Of a stretch of DNA of 64,000 nt, positions 11,131-45,199 are shown in pieces. Position 1 is the first letter of the stretch. Every line of letters starts with the position of its first letter. The notes beneath the pieces are model-generated. The model was not told the origin of the DNA. It did no database searches and worked only from the letters and a program-made list of their open reading frames with translations. The stretch comes from Malacoraja senta (lineage: Eukaryota). Position numbers and translations under genes: made by a program. The DNA lies in the NCBI GenBank assembly GCA_038087875.1, contig CM075998.1:3164001-3228000 (forward strand), in the 5' to 3' direction.

Positions 11131-13852
11131 AGTATGTATGGGAATATGTGCTTTCATTTGCCAGTGCATGGTGTATCAGAGCGGGAAGGTTATGGCACAA
11201 CTTTATACAACGTTGGTTAGGTCATGGCTGGAGTACTGTGTGCTGTTCTGGTCACCACACAAGTTCACGTCATATGAGTAGAATTAGGCCATTCGGCCCA
11301 TCGAGTCTACTTCACCATTCAATCATGGCTGATCTCTGCCTCCCAACCCCATTTTCCTACCTTCTCCCCATAACCTCTGACACCCGCTCTAATCAAGAAT
11401 TTGTCTATCTCTGCCTTAAGATATCCACTGACTTGGCCTCCACAGCCCTCTGTGGCAATGAATTCCACAGATTCACCGCCCTCTGACTAAAGAGGTTCCT
11501 CCTCAGCTCTTTCCTAAAAGAGCGCCCTTGTCTCTGGCGCTGTGAGACAGCAACTCTACCGCTGCGCCGCCCGTTCTTTGCACCACTGCGATCAGAAGTA
11601 ACGTCGAGCACCCTGCAACTGGCTGGGTGGGAAGCGAAGCGGACGGCAGCCAACAAACATCCTGCGACTGCTCTGACCACAAGACGCGCCCACTTCTCCT
11701 GCAAGCCTTTGCCTGGTGCTCGTAACCTTCCCTTAGCGGGGAGCGGTCACCTTGCAGAGCGCAGCCTTTCAAAACCAAACACGTCCTGCTCCGCGTGCGA
11801 CCGGAGCCCGTGACCGCTTTTGCCAGCGCCAGAAAGCCGCGTTATAAAAATAATTTTTCTGTTGACCTGAAGCTGACTGAGCGACCTCGCATCGGAAAAC
11901 CCAACTGCGGCAACCCTGCTCCCGAAATAAACCCGCTCCCAAAACAAATGCATGGTGGCTTCACTCCAGAACAAATCAATGAGGTTATTTATCTTGCGCT
12001 GCATTTTAGATACAGTTTTAACACCGCAGATTGGTCATTGTCAGCCTAAGACAGACACAAAAAGCTGGAGTAGCTCAGCGGGACAGGCAGCGTCTCTGGA
12101 GAGAAGGAATGGGTGACGTTTCGGGTCGAGACCCTTCTTCAGACTGCTGAGTTCTCCTCAAGGTCTGAGCAGATGAAGTCCACGGCACTGAATGTGCTGG
12201 CAAACAGGGGGTGGGGGGGCAATTAAATGGGGTAACGGGTAAAGGATCTAGAGCACGACAAACATCCAGGCAACGTTGAACGGCTCTCAGATTTGGAATC
12301 TTCCACAGAGGTTCAGACCCAGCAAAGAGCAACGCGTTTTAAAAGTCTTAAACGTTCTCGCTTTGAATGTCAGGAAAAGGGTTTGTTACCATTTCTTGGG
12401 CTCTCATGAACCTCTTGTGCACATGCTTGGCAAACAGGCCGGCTCCTCCGGGTTTGCTTGGAGCTTCTGCCATGGTAGCTACGTTGCTCCAAGTCTGTGG
12501 CTTGAGTCAGGTTGCCCCAGCTCTAGTCCCAGCCCTTGAGGAAGTGAGATATGATAAATACCCGTCGTGCTTGGCATCCGTTTCAGATCTACGATAATAA
12601 CTGGTGAAGAAATGTGTCTTTTTTTTCTTTCCTGCAGTGGGGCAATATACCGACTGAGCATGGAAACAGGCCCTTCGGCCCACGGAATCTGTGCTGACCA
12701 ACCACCCATTGTCGGTAGTCTAACACTAATCCTTTTTTTTTCCACATTCCCAACACCAATAAAAACTAAAAGTACACTTCCTCTTCTTATCGAGTGACAC
12801 ACACAAGATTAGAAATTGTTCAGCCAGAGCTGAACACACTTCTCAGCATCTGCAGACAATGGCGTCTTGCGCTTCTTGTGCGTGGTGGTGGAAAGATTGG
12901 TGGAAACAGGGCCGCGCCGTGAACGCCCAAAAGTACACTTCACCCCAAAAGTACACTAAAACATACAAGTAAAAACAGACTAAAAAATAACAGTACAGGA
13001 AAGGAACGAGACAGACTGTTGGCAAGGCTGCTATGTTCATGAGATATAGGAGCAGAATTAGGCCATTCAGCCCATCACGTCTACTCCGCCATTCGATCAT
13101 GGCTGACCTATCTTTCCCTCTCAACCCCATTCTCTTGCCTTCTCCCCATAAACCTGACACCCGTACTAATACTAGACTTTCGAGATACAGTGCAGAACAG
13201 GCCCTGCTGCCCACCGAGTCCACGCCGACCAGCGATCACCTCGTACACTAGCACTGGTCCTAGTGTAACTTGTCTCTGGTGTGCAGGATAGTGTTTGTGT
13301 ATGGGGAGATCGCTGGCCGGAGTGGACTCGATGGGCTGCAAGGCCTGTATCTGTAAAGTCTAAAGACTTGGGAATCGAACCCGGGTCTCTGGCGCTGTCA
13401 GGCAGCAACTCTACCGCTGGGCCACCCCTAACTGTGCCAGTCTGAAGAAGGATCCCAACCATAAATGTCACCTATCCATGCCATAGGGGATGCTGCCTGA
13501 CCCGGTGAGTTACTCCAGCAATTTATTTTCTACGCAAGATTCCAGCATCTGCATTCTCGTTCCTCGTATCTCTATTTTAAAATGTCCTCATTTTGAGGAA
13601 GGAATTGATGTTTGGTTCAGATTTTGTTTTTTATTTTTAAGCTAAAAATGTCGCTAATTTTGTGAGGATTTTCACAAATGACACTTAAATACGTTTCGGT
13701 TCTCTGCTGAGCTAGCTTGCCAGCAGATTTAGTTTAGACAGTCAGCAATTTCCCATAAACCTCAGAACTATTCATCAGCCAAACCTTCTGGGTGGCACAA
13801 GTGTTCTGCTGATTTTCATACACCAACCGTGCTTGCCGAAGTCAGGTCTTTA

Positions 13853-14385
13853 GACTTTAGAGATACAGCGCGGAAACAGGCCCTTCAGCCCACCGAGTCC
13901 GTGCCGACCAGCGGTCACCCCGTACACTAGCACTATCCCACACACTAGGGGACAATTTACATTGTTACCGAAGCCAATTAACCTACAAACGAGCACGTCT
14001 TTGGAGTGTGGGAGGAAACCGGAGCAGCTGGAGAAAACCCCAGAAAAATCCGCACGGTCACAGGAGATCGTACAAACTCCGTAAGGACAGCACCAGGGCG
14101 GCATGGTGGCGCAGCGGTAGAGTTGCTGCCTTACAGCGTCAGTGATTCGGGTTTGATCCTGACCACGGGTGCTGTCTGTACGGAGTTTGTACGTTCTCCC
14201 CGTGACCTGCGTGGGTTTTCTCCAGGTGCTCCGGTTTCCTCCCACACTCCAAAGACGTGCAGGTTTGAGGTTAATTTCCTAGTGTGTGTAGGATAATGTT
14301 AGTGTGCGGGGATCGCTGGTCGGCACGGACTCAGTGGATCGAAGGGTCTGTTTCCACGCGGTATCTCTAAATTAAATTAAACTAA
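13853..14385. mobile_element. Two HE1-like SINEs fused head-to-head
   Basis: Minus copy 13853-14097 joined directly to plus copy 14098-14385. Confidence 0.8.
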
Positions 14386-14601
14386 AAGACGATTTGTTAG
14401 TCCATTGAGGGTTGTGCATTGAGGGAGGTCTTTGACTAGGGGAGTTCTGCAGAGATCTGTGCTGGGACTTCTGTTGGTTTGTCATATATTCATATATATA
14501 TATCAGTGTGTGTGTGTATATATGTAGTTCAGCTACAGACATACAGTAGATGCAGACAAGGAAATGGAGTTTAATCTGAGTGTAAGGTGTTGCACTAACC
14601 C

Positions 14602-14865
14602 GAAACGTCACCTATCCATGTTCTCCACAGATGCTGCCTGACCCGCTGAGTTACTCCAGCACTCTGTGAAACGTCACCTATCCATGTTCTCCACAGATGC
14701 TGCGTGACCCACTGAGTTACTCCAGCACTCTGTGAAACGTCACCTATCCATGTTCTCCACAGATGCTGCCTGACCCGCTGAGTTACTCCAGCACTCTGTG
14801 AAACGTCACCTATCCATGTTCTCCACAGATGCTGCCTGACCCGCTGAGTTACTCCAGCACTTTGT
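14602..14865 (+). repeat. Four 66-bp tandem units derived from the Penelope-like terminal repeat
   Basis: gaaacgtcacctatcc...cagcact at 14602, 14668, 14734 and 14800. Confidence 0.9.
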
Positions 14866-17139
14866 CTTTTTTTGTAAACCAATATCTGCAGTTCCGTGTA
14901 TCTCCCTCAATCCTATGCAGTTGTGATCACATGAGAGACAATGAAGGCTGGATCTTTATTCATGATTCAAATATAATCCATAAACAACAAGGCTGCATTC
15001 ATCACACTTTAATAATATTGGTGATTCACCCAGTTTGCTGTAGTTCTGCTTACTGTCAGTAGGAGGCAGCAATCTACCAAGCCAAGCAATTTAAATAAGA
15101 TGCAAACACAAAGCGCTGGAGGAAGTCAGCGGGTGAGGCTGCATCGTTTCGGGACAGGGATCTGATCTCCGGTCTCAACCTAAAACATAGACTGTCCATT
15201 TCCCTCCACAGATGCTGCCTGACCTGCTGAGTTCCTTCAGCACTTTGTGTTTTACTCAACACTCCAGCATCTACAAACCCTTGTGTCTCCGATGTAAACA
15301 AGATGGCTCTTCATTGGCATAGAAATACTCCTGGGCGGCAGAGTAGATTGGTTTTTGTTTTTGAGAATGAAAGTTTAAAAAAAATCACATCTGTTGCATT
15401 ATGACTTTTTTCATCATTCCATTTTCATCTCAGCAGATAAGCTTGCTACTGATCTACATAACAATAACATAGACTTGGTCGTTAAAAGTGAGAGCAAAGT
15501 GGACAATAAAATAATAAAAACCAATGATAGAATACAGGAGACACAGACATGGAAATAGACCCTTTGGCCCATCTTATCTTTTTGTTAATTTAATTTTTTT
15601 TTTAATTTTTTTATTTCTATGGATGTACAGAAACCTAATTATTTCTTCTATGTAAAGCACTTTGGTTTCAACGCGAGTTGCTTTAAACGTGCTATATAAA
15701 TAAAATGTACTTACTTACTTATCCTGTTTAAGAAGGAACTGCAGATGCTGGAAAATCGAAGGTAGACAAAAATGCTGGAGAAAATCAGCGGGTGAGGCAG
15801 CATCTATGGAACGAAGGAAATAGGCAACGTTTCGGGCCGAAACCCTTCTTCAGACTGATCTGAATTCTGATCTGATTCTTCAGTCTGAAGAAGGGTTTCG
15901 TCCTGAAACGTTGCCTAATTCCTTAGCTCCATAGATGCTGCTGCACCCGCTGAGTTTCTCCAGCACTTTTGTCTACCTACTTACTTATCCTGTTGTACCC
16001 ATTTACACTAATCCCTTTTATCCACATTGGGTCCAGACCTCCAAGCCTTGATGCCTTTTAAACCATACAATTACCTGTACACGCATCTTAAACATTGTGC
16101 AAGTCTTCACCGTCCCCTTTGGCAGTGCCTTCCATAGTCCTGTTCTCTTCAAACCTCCCTCTCACCTTAAACTTGTGCCCCCTTCTCTTAAGCACTCCGT
16201 GAATTCACACAGTGGTAAAACATGTCTACTCTCCACCTTATCTCTGCCCTCATATATTTGTCTACCTCTATCAAGTCCTTGCTCAGGTTATCCAAACTTG
16301 GATTATTTGCTCTGGAGTGTTGGAGGTTGAAGCATATAAAATTACGAGGGGCATAGATACGGTAGACAGTCAGAACCTTTTTCCCCAAGGTGGAAATATC
16401 AAAGACTAGAGGGCATATCTTTAGGGTGAGAGGGGCAAAGTTTAAAGGAGATGTGCGGGGAAAGTTTTTTACACAGAGGGTGGCGAGTGCCTGGAACGCG
16501 CTGCCGGGAGTCAGTGGTGGAGACAGATACAATAGTAACAGGTTTTTAGATAGGCACATGGATATACATGGAATAGAGGGATATGGATCACGTGCAGGCA
16601 CATGGATATGGATATGAATCGGATAGTACCCTAGCTGATGGAAGGAACTGTCCCTGAATCTGGAGGTGTGCGTTTTCACACATCTCACTGTACCGATGGG
16701 AGAGGGGAGAAGAGGGGTTGGTCGGGGTGAGACTGGTCCTTGATTATGCTGCTGGCCTTGCAGCATAATCTATCCCTGTTTCTTATGTTCTAACTGATAT
16801 ACATCTCTGAACACTCCTCTTGAATTGCCCAGCAAGTCACTCAACTGAAGAGCAACTGGTGATTGGCAGTAAATGCTGGGCCATCCACTGCTGCCCAAAC
16901 CCTAAAGCAAATAAATAACATCACAGAACGTCTCCTGATCTGTGAACTGGAGGAACATGCGCTCCTAGACTGCGGCTCATACTTTGCTAAAAACAGACTC
17001 ATTAAACATTAACCAATTAACAGCATATTTACAAACCATACCATTCAAAAGGTACAAACCTTCAAAGGTACTTGGCCTGTGCTTACCCTCAATGTTAAAC
17101 CAACCCTGAAAACACACAAACACTCTTAGAAATGTGGCC

Positions 17140-17365
17140 TGACCCCACCCGGCGCCAAGCCGTCCACCTTCTGCGCTCACGGGCTGTGTTGAGTCGCTCA
17201 CGGAGGTAAGGCGAGGCAGGTAACCTGCAGACGGCACACTCACCTTGAGACTTGGGCAGTGGTGACGACGCGCAGCTCCAGCAGGCAGGTGCTTTCCCCT
17301 TTCACCTCCGCCCCGCCACACAGAGTGAGCCCTCTCCCCGCTGCCCCTCGCCTCGCTCACTTGAC
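17140..17365. promoter_or_regulatory. Small CpG-rich region, candidate promoter and first exon(s)
   Basis: CpG cluster, GC box, + donor GAG|GTAAGG at 17206 and - donor AAG|GTGAGT at 17243. Confidence 0.35.
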
Positions 17366-17593
17366 CAGCCAAATGAACAGTCCTGCTTCTGGCAGTTAGA
17401 GAGGGGCACGAAGATAGACGCAAAAAGCTGGAGTAACTCAGCAGGACAGGCAGCGTCTCTGGAGAGAAGGAATGGGTGACGTTTCGGGTCGAGTCCCTTC
17501 TTCAGAAGAACATTCTTGACCTGAAACATCGCCCATTTCTTCAGGAGAAGCGTCTCGACCCGAAACGTCACCCATTCCTTCTCTCCATACCCC

Positions 17594-18140
17594 ATGCAGT
17601 TTTGGTCCCCTAATTTGAGGAAGGACATTCTTGCTATTGAGGGAGTGCAGTGTAGATTTACAAGGTTAATTCCCGGGAAGGCGGGACTGTCATATGCTGA
17701 GAGAATGGAGCGGCTGGGCTTGTACACTCTGGAGTTTAGAAGGATGAGAGGGCATCTCATTGAAACATATAAGATTGTTAAGGGTTTGGACATGCTAGAG
17801 GCAAGAAACTTGTTCCCGATGTTGGGGGAGTCCAGAACCAGGGGCCACACACAGTTTAAGAATAAGGAGTAAGCCATTTAGAACGGAGACGAGGAAACAC
17901 TTTTTCTCACAGAGAGTTGTGAGTCTGTGGAATTCTCTGCCTCAGAGGGCGGTGGAGGCCGGTCCTCTGGATGCTTTCAAAAGAGAGCTAGATAGGGCTC
18001 TTAAAGATAGCGGAGTCAGGGGATATGGGGAGAAGGCAGGAACAGGGTACTGATTGGGGATGATCAGCCATGATCACGTTGAATGGCGGTGCTGGCTCGA
18101 AGGGCCGAATGGCCTACTCCTGCACCTATTGTCTATTGTC
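17594..18140 (+). mobile_element. CR1-type LINE 3' end
   Basis: [18 protein letters not shown]...; (TATTGTC)n tail. Confidence 0.9.
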
Positions 18141-19030
18141 ATTCCTTCTCTCCAGAGATGCTGCCTGTCCCGCTGGGTTACTCCAACTTTTTGTGTCTAT
18201 CTTCGGTTTAAACCAGCATCTCTAGCTCCTTCATACACAGTTAGAGAGCAGCACGGTGGTGCAGTGGGTGGTGCCACCGCCTCACGTATTCAGAGACCCG
18301 AGTTCGATCCTGACCTCTGTGTGTGGAGTTTGCACGTTCTCTCTGTGGCTGCTCCAAAATCTATCTCTCCATTTCCCTCCACAGATGCTGCCAGGCCCGC
18401 TGAATTCCTCCAGCACTTGTTGTTTTACTCAAGATTCCAGCATCTGCAGTTCCGTTTGTCTCTGCTTGGTTATAGCATTTTATAACTCTTTCCACAGATG
18501 CTGCCTGACCTACTGTGGATGTTTCTGCTTTTATTTCACATTTCCAGCAGCTGTACTACTCAGCTTTATAAATTTAATGGAAAGATAGACTCATAGAGCA
18601 CGGAAACAGGCCCTACTGCCCACCTCGTCCATGCCAACCAAGATACCCTATCTAGGCTTGTCCCACGTGCCCGCGTTTGGCCCATATCCCTCAATCTTTC
18701 CTATCCATGTACCTGTCCAAGTATCTTTTAAATGTTGTTATAGTACTTGCCTCAACTACCTCCTCTGGTAGCTCGTTCCATGCACCCACCACCCTCTGTG
18801 TGAAAGAGTTGCCTTTCAGGTTCCTATTCAATCATTCCCTTCTCACCTAAAACTTCCTGATTCCCCTGCCTTGGGTAAACGATTCGGTGCATTTGGCCTA
18901 TCTGGTACCCTTATAATAATTTTATACACTTCTATAAGATCACCCCTCAGCCTCTCCCTATAGGTCAGGCCCTCGAGTCCTGGCAACATCCTTATAAAGC
19001 TTCTCTGTACTCTTTCCAGCTTAATGGCAT

Positions 19031-19230
19031 NNNNNNNNNNNNNNNNNNNNNNNNNNNNNNNNNNNNNNNNNNNNNNNNNNNNNNNNNNNNNNNNNNNNNN
19101 NNNNNNNNNNNNNNNNNNNNNNNNNNNNNNNNNNNNNNNNNNNNNNNNNNNNNNNNNNNNNNNNNNNNNNNNNNNNNNNNNNNNNNNNNNNNNNNNNNNN
19201 NNNNNNNNNNNNNNNNNNNNNNNNNNNNNN
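19031..19230. other. Assembly gap (N run)
   Basis: 200 N. Confidence 1.
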
Positions 19231-22200
19231 TGTTGTTTTCAGTTGATTATCCTTCTGGGTCATCTTGGTCGACAAACTCCCCTTTCAAGAGGAACTAGTC
19301 AAGTCATTTGGGAAACAGAATGGAAGGTATTTTTTTCAGTAGGGTCCCGACCCAAAACGTCACCTTCCCATTCCCTCCACAGACGCTGCCCGACCTGCTG
19401 AGTTCTTCCAGTAGTTTGCTTGTTACTCAAGATTCCAGCAGCTGCAATCTCTTGTTTGTTTTGATGGAGAGACCAGCTCTGTCTCTGCTCACTGTGTCTC
19501 GCCACTCTGTCAGAGAAATAAGATGACAGAAAAACACTGGCCGAATCTCCAGGTGCTGTCTGTACAGAGTTTGCACCTTCTCGCTGTGACCTGCGTGGGT
19601 TTCCTCCGGTTTCCTCCCACACTCCAAAGGTGTGCAAGTTTGTAGGTTAATTAGCTTCTGTAAAAAATTGTGATTGTCCCTAGTGTGTAGGATAGTGTTA
19701 GTGTACGGGGTGATCGCTGGTCGGCACGGACTCGGTGGGTCGAAGGGCCTGTTTTCACGCTGTATCTCCAGAAGTCTCAACTGCAGTTGTTTACTGCTTC
19801 TTGTGCTAATCTCTGCTGTGATTTGAGAGCAGCTTTGGAAATGGAAAAGCTTTCGGCATGAATGGGTTGCAGGGTAATGTCAAATGTTAACTACCCCCAC
19901 CTCCCTGGGAAATTTCAAAATTGTGCAAGGTGGGGAAATAGTTTTGAAATCGGCTCGTGGGAGGATGGCTGTAGCAGAGCTAGACTTGTCACGCGGCTAT
20001 TCATCTGAGGAGATAATACTTGTGAAGGTATACCTGTCCCAGTCCAAGTATTTACAACAGTACCTAGGGCAGAGGTTAAAGAGGTTATGGGAGAAGGCAG
20101 GAGAATGGGGTTAGGAGGGAGAGATAGATCAGCCATGATTGAATGGCGGAGTAGACCTGATGGGCTGAATGGCCTTATTCTACTCCTATCAATGATGACC
20201 TTATGACCACCCAGGGCAGTGGTTAAAGGTTCACAGATGTGTGACAGTGACCTACAACGTATGGTATGGCACTTTATGTGTCACATGTACGGAGGTACAA
20301 TGAAATATATTTTTTATACACAGTTCAGTACAAGTATCACTATACATAAACACTGAGATACATATTAGATAAGCATCACAGATAGGGGACAAATGTACAG
20401 CAGCAGTACACTGAGACAGTATACAGAGTCGCCAGTTTGACGCCATTTCCAACTCCCAGTTGTTGTAAGTGCTTGATCTGACCATGAAGGCCCGTTATCA
20501 TGGTGATGTTGCAGGGTCGGCCTAGCCAAGTGTAGCTGTTGGTGTCCTCCGTCGCTGCTCCACCACTGCTGCAGGCCACGTGCGGTCCACGTGCTCGGCC
20601 TCTTGGAGCGGCGCCCGGTCCAGCCGAGCCCCAGGCTGCTGCAGGGCCTCCAGCGGCCCACTCCCCCCCCGTCGAGGCAGCGGGCCCGGCAGCTCCTCTG
20701 GTGCAAAGGAATAGGTGATGTATTGGGCAATTCAGCCGAATACAAGCACCAGGTTTGGCCGTGGGCAAGTTCAGAAATTCTGATCAAAGCACTAAAGTTG
20801 CGAAAAACACTTGGAGACAGGAAGGACTATACTTTAAATAATTAGCTCAGAAATGTGAACTTTCTACCCTATTAATCAGGGAAGTGTTTCCAACTTTTGA
20901 ACAACTGATGGTGAAGAATGAGATCCTGACCGGATTTTTCAGTCTAATAATTGCTGGCGAGAAAAAGTCACAAAGTCAAGGGGTCAAGGCGTTTAAGAGG
21001 CCTTTATACAGGTGCATGGATATGCAGGGAATGGAGGTATATAGATCATGTACTGGCAGTCCACCCTCCACCACCTCCAGTTTAAATTCCATTTGGAATA
21101 TTTTTGGAGGACCAGGAAACCAAGAGGAGATTAGTTAATACAGACATTATGCGCCGAAGGGCCTGTTCCTGTGCTGTACTGTGTAAGAAGGAACTGCAGA
21201 TGCTGATGTACACCGAAGATAGACACAGAATGCTGGAGTAACTCAGCGGGACAGGCAGCATCTCTGGAGAGAAGGATTGGGTGACATTTTGGGTCGAGAC
21301 CCTTCTTCAGACAGTGCTGTACTGTTCTATGTTTCTATGTTCTTTGTACTAATGCCATCATCTCCGCTGTGATCAGCTGAGTCAGTGGCCAACTCCTATA
21401 CCTGGCAACCACCATGTGGCCTCCTCGAATTATTCATTACTCTTCCGTCCAACTCCCCCTTGCTGCATGCCAGCCTCAGTACAAGTACAAAGGTTCCTTG
21501 GCTGGGCATGTGGGGGACTCCCAGTCTGTGGAAAGCTCTGAAATACCATTGTTAGGAAATCTTGAAATCGGAGCTTCTCTATGTGAGGAATTCGCGAAGG
21601 GTGGAGGAGATGCTGTTGTAATGAAGGTGCCTTCAGACTGTTGTGCAATGGTCCATCTTGCAAACTGGGCTGAAAGTGCTTGTGCTTTCTTGGAAGGCCG
21701 AGGGAGCCTGACATGAAAGCAGACCTAGCCTGACCATCATCAGGTCCAGGAGTCGCCCCTCATCTCGTCGTTTTAGCTTAGTTTACAGATACAGCACAGA
21801 AACATGCCCCTCGGCCCACCGAGACCAGTCTATTGTCCATATAAACCAGCACCTACACTTCCTTCCAACACATACAACAGATTAGATACAGATTACAGCA
21901 TAATCAAGGACAAGTCGCAGCCCGGCCACTCCCTCTTCTCCCCTCTCCCATCGGGCAAAAGGTACAGAAGTGTGAAAACAAACGCACACCTCCAGATTCA
22001 GGGACAGTTTCTTCCCAGCTGTTATCAGGCAACTGAACCATCCTACCACAAGCAGAGAGCAGTGCTGAACTACTATCTACCTCATTGGAGACCCTTGGAC
22101 TATCCTTGATCGGACTTTACTGGCTTTATCTTGCACTAAACGTAATTCCCTTATGATGTATCTTATACACTGTAAATGGCTCAATTGTAATCATGTATTG

Positions 22201-22513
22201 CCTTGTATTGACTGGTTAGCATGCTGCAAACGATTTTCATGTGTTAATAAACGAAACTCAACTAAAATGCTTTATCGGATTGAAGATGTACCAGCAAAAT
22301 GTTACCATTTAGACAGGTGTGGGCAGGGGAGAGATGTGGAAGAGAGTAGACACAAAATGCTGGAGTAACTCAGCGGGACAGGCAGCATCTCTGGAGAGAA
22401 GGATTGGGTGACTTTTCGGGTCGAGTCCCTTCTTTGGATTTGAGTTGTGGAAGAGTGGATCCGGACTGGCCTGGCATCGTTTTGTCTAAGTTGAGGTCTA
22501 TCTGTGTTTTCAG

Positions 22514-43235
<20,722 letters not shown>

Positions 43236-44485
43236 AGATTTCATCAGAGAGTAATGAAGACTGCTTGCTCTTCTGACGCGATATTCCTCAAATGGAACTC
43301 AGTTGGACCATTTAATGTATGTAAATGTTTGTCATAAATCCGTGTAGCTGCTTCATTCCGTAGATAATGCTCCAACAATTGTTTTTAATATAGGCAAAGT
43401 CTGATACTAAATATTTTGAGTCCCATCAAGCAGGAACTCGCTACTAAATCACCAGGGCCAGCATGTCACACATTCCCAGTGGTTGTATAAATGTCCAGAA
43501 GGGAGTCAAATCTCAACGTCCAGGGATGTCAATGGACAGCTGCAGACATGAACGTGGTGTGGTGTTTCCCTGGGATCAGTCATGACCCAGTTAGTGGAGT
43601 AATGACCACCTCTTGATGAGCACCAGAGGACCACCCTATGGGAGGATGGGCTTCGGAAATGGGCAACTTCAACCCAAAAGAACAGATGATTTTTGTATTT
43701 TACTATTTATTGGATGTCACCCTTGTAAATAAGGCTGGTGGTGACATTTTGAGGTCTGCACACTCCAGTGAGGGGTAGGAATGGTGAGCATCATAAACTG
43801 TATAATTTCCAAGTCTAATTTAGAATATAGCGTAGGAATAAACTGCAGATGCTGGTTTACACCAACGATAGACACAAAATGCTGGAGTAACTCAGCAGGA
43901 CAGGCAGAATCTCTGAAATGAAGGAATGGGTGACGTTTTAGGGCATATTTAGAATTACTTTATATTCCTGGCCCTTCAATAACATCCTAATCTGATTTGA
44001 AATCTTCAATTACTAAAGTAAAGATAGCCAGATTTGACTATGTATCATTAAATTTTGGATATGTATGTGGAATTATGGTCACATAATTTAACTTAAGTTA
44101 GCATCAAGTCATTTTACTTCTTCAACAACTAGGCTGTCTGCATTATCCATGGAGCTTGCAGGTAAATCCTTCTCTATTCTTGGACTGACAGCAACACCTT
44201 CTCATTGTCTTTACAATACCAGGCCTCTGTCAACAGCAGAGTTGCCACACAGACGGAAGTGTCAGAGCTGCTTTCAAATGTGGTGGTTGTCCTAAGTTAT
44301 GCAGTGCTTGGGATTTGCCTCTGGAAATCATCCTTGCTGCCCTATGTGATCCAAGGCTTGCACTGATGCTGATTCTACTTGGGACTTGAAAGACCTGATG
44401 ATCCTGAGCTTTTTCCTCTCACAAATGTATCTTTGGGTGCAGACTCACAGCCAGTAGTTGGTGCAATGTTTCAGTCTGTACAATG

Positions 44486-44620
44486 AATAAATAGCACATC
44501 AAGTAGAAGGGTAGGTTGTACTTGTGAGCTTTCTCGTGGTATAATTTTGTTAATATTTGTATTTGTATTTTGAAATGATTCTCAATTATATCAAGGTGTA
44601 CATCTTTAAAATTAAATAAA
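44486..44620 (+). terminator. Candidate polyadenylation signals of the SLC11A2-like gene
   Basis: AATAAA at 44486 and ATTAAA/AATAAA at 44611-44620, ending a largely repeat-poor, AT-rich stretch after the stop codon. Confidence 0.45.
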
Positions 44621-45199
44621 TGAATATTCTTAACAGAAGCGAACTTGTATGTTTCTCAACTCCCAATTTTGCCGTATTTTCCCAAAATTGCTGACTCCAG
44701 GCTGCAAGTCCCTATCGTTCAATGAAGCTTTATTTGTCACACATGCAAATGCACAGTGAAATTCCTTTTTGCATATATTACATTTTTGGCACCATTATTC
44801 AAAGTTCAAAGTCCGGTCGGCCCGTGTGCTCAGAGTACTGGTGCAGTTCCCACGAACCAACGTCCCTCTCCTTTCCTCACCCAGCCATCTTTGTGTCCCT
44901 TGAATGCGCTGGAGGCATTACCCTGGTTCACCTTCCCACCGCCCCACTCCTTGCATCTGACATCTCCAGCTCCCTCCCGGCCGAGCCTTCAAGTAGGTTA
45001 CCGGCCCCACCGACTGACGAGATTTCGGGCGGGTTCCCGGTCCCGCCGGCTGACGAGCCTTTGGGCAGATTCCCAGTCCCGCCGACCGATGAGCCTTCAG
45101 GTGGGCCCTGACGAACCTCCAGACGGTTACCGGTGCCACCGAATCTTCGGGCAGGTTAACGGTCCCGCCGATCGCCAATCCTTCGTACACGTTTTCAGT

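Noticed and set aside
19021..19401. ORFs spanning N runs (also 58076-58403)
   Set aside because: Gap artefacts
19966..20030. ATG...GTGAAG|GTATAC as a coding first exon of the transporter
   Set aside because: Weak donor and phase 0, whereas the 22514 exon needs a phase 1 upstream exon
43755..43780. CAGTGA possible IRE loop
   Set aside because: No bulged C at the right position and the upper stem does not pair fully
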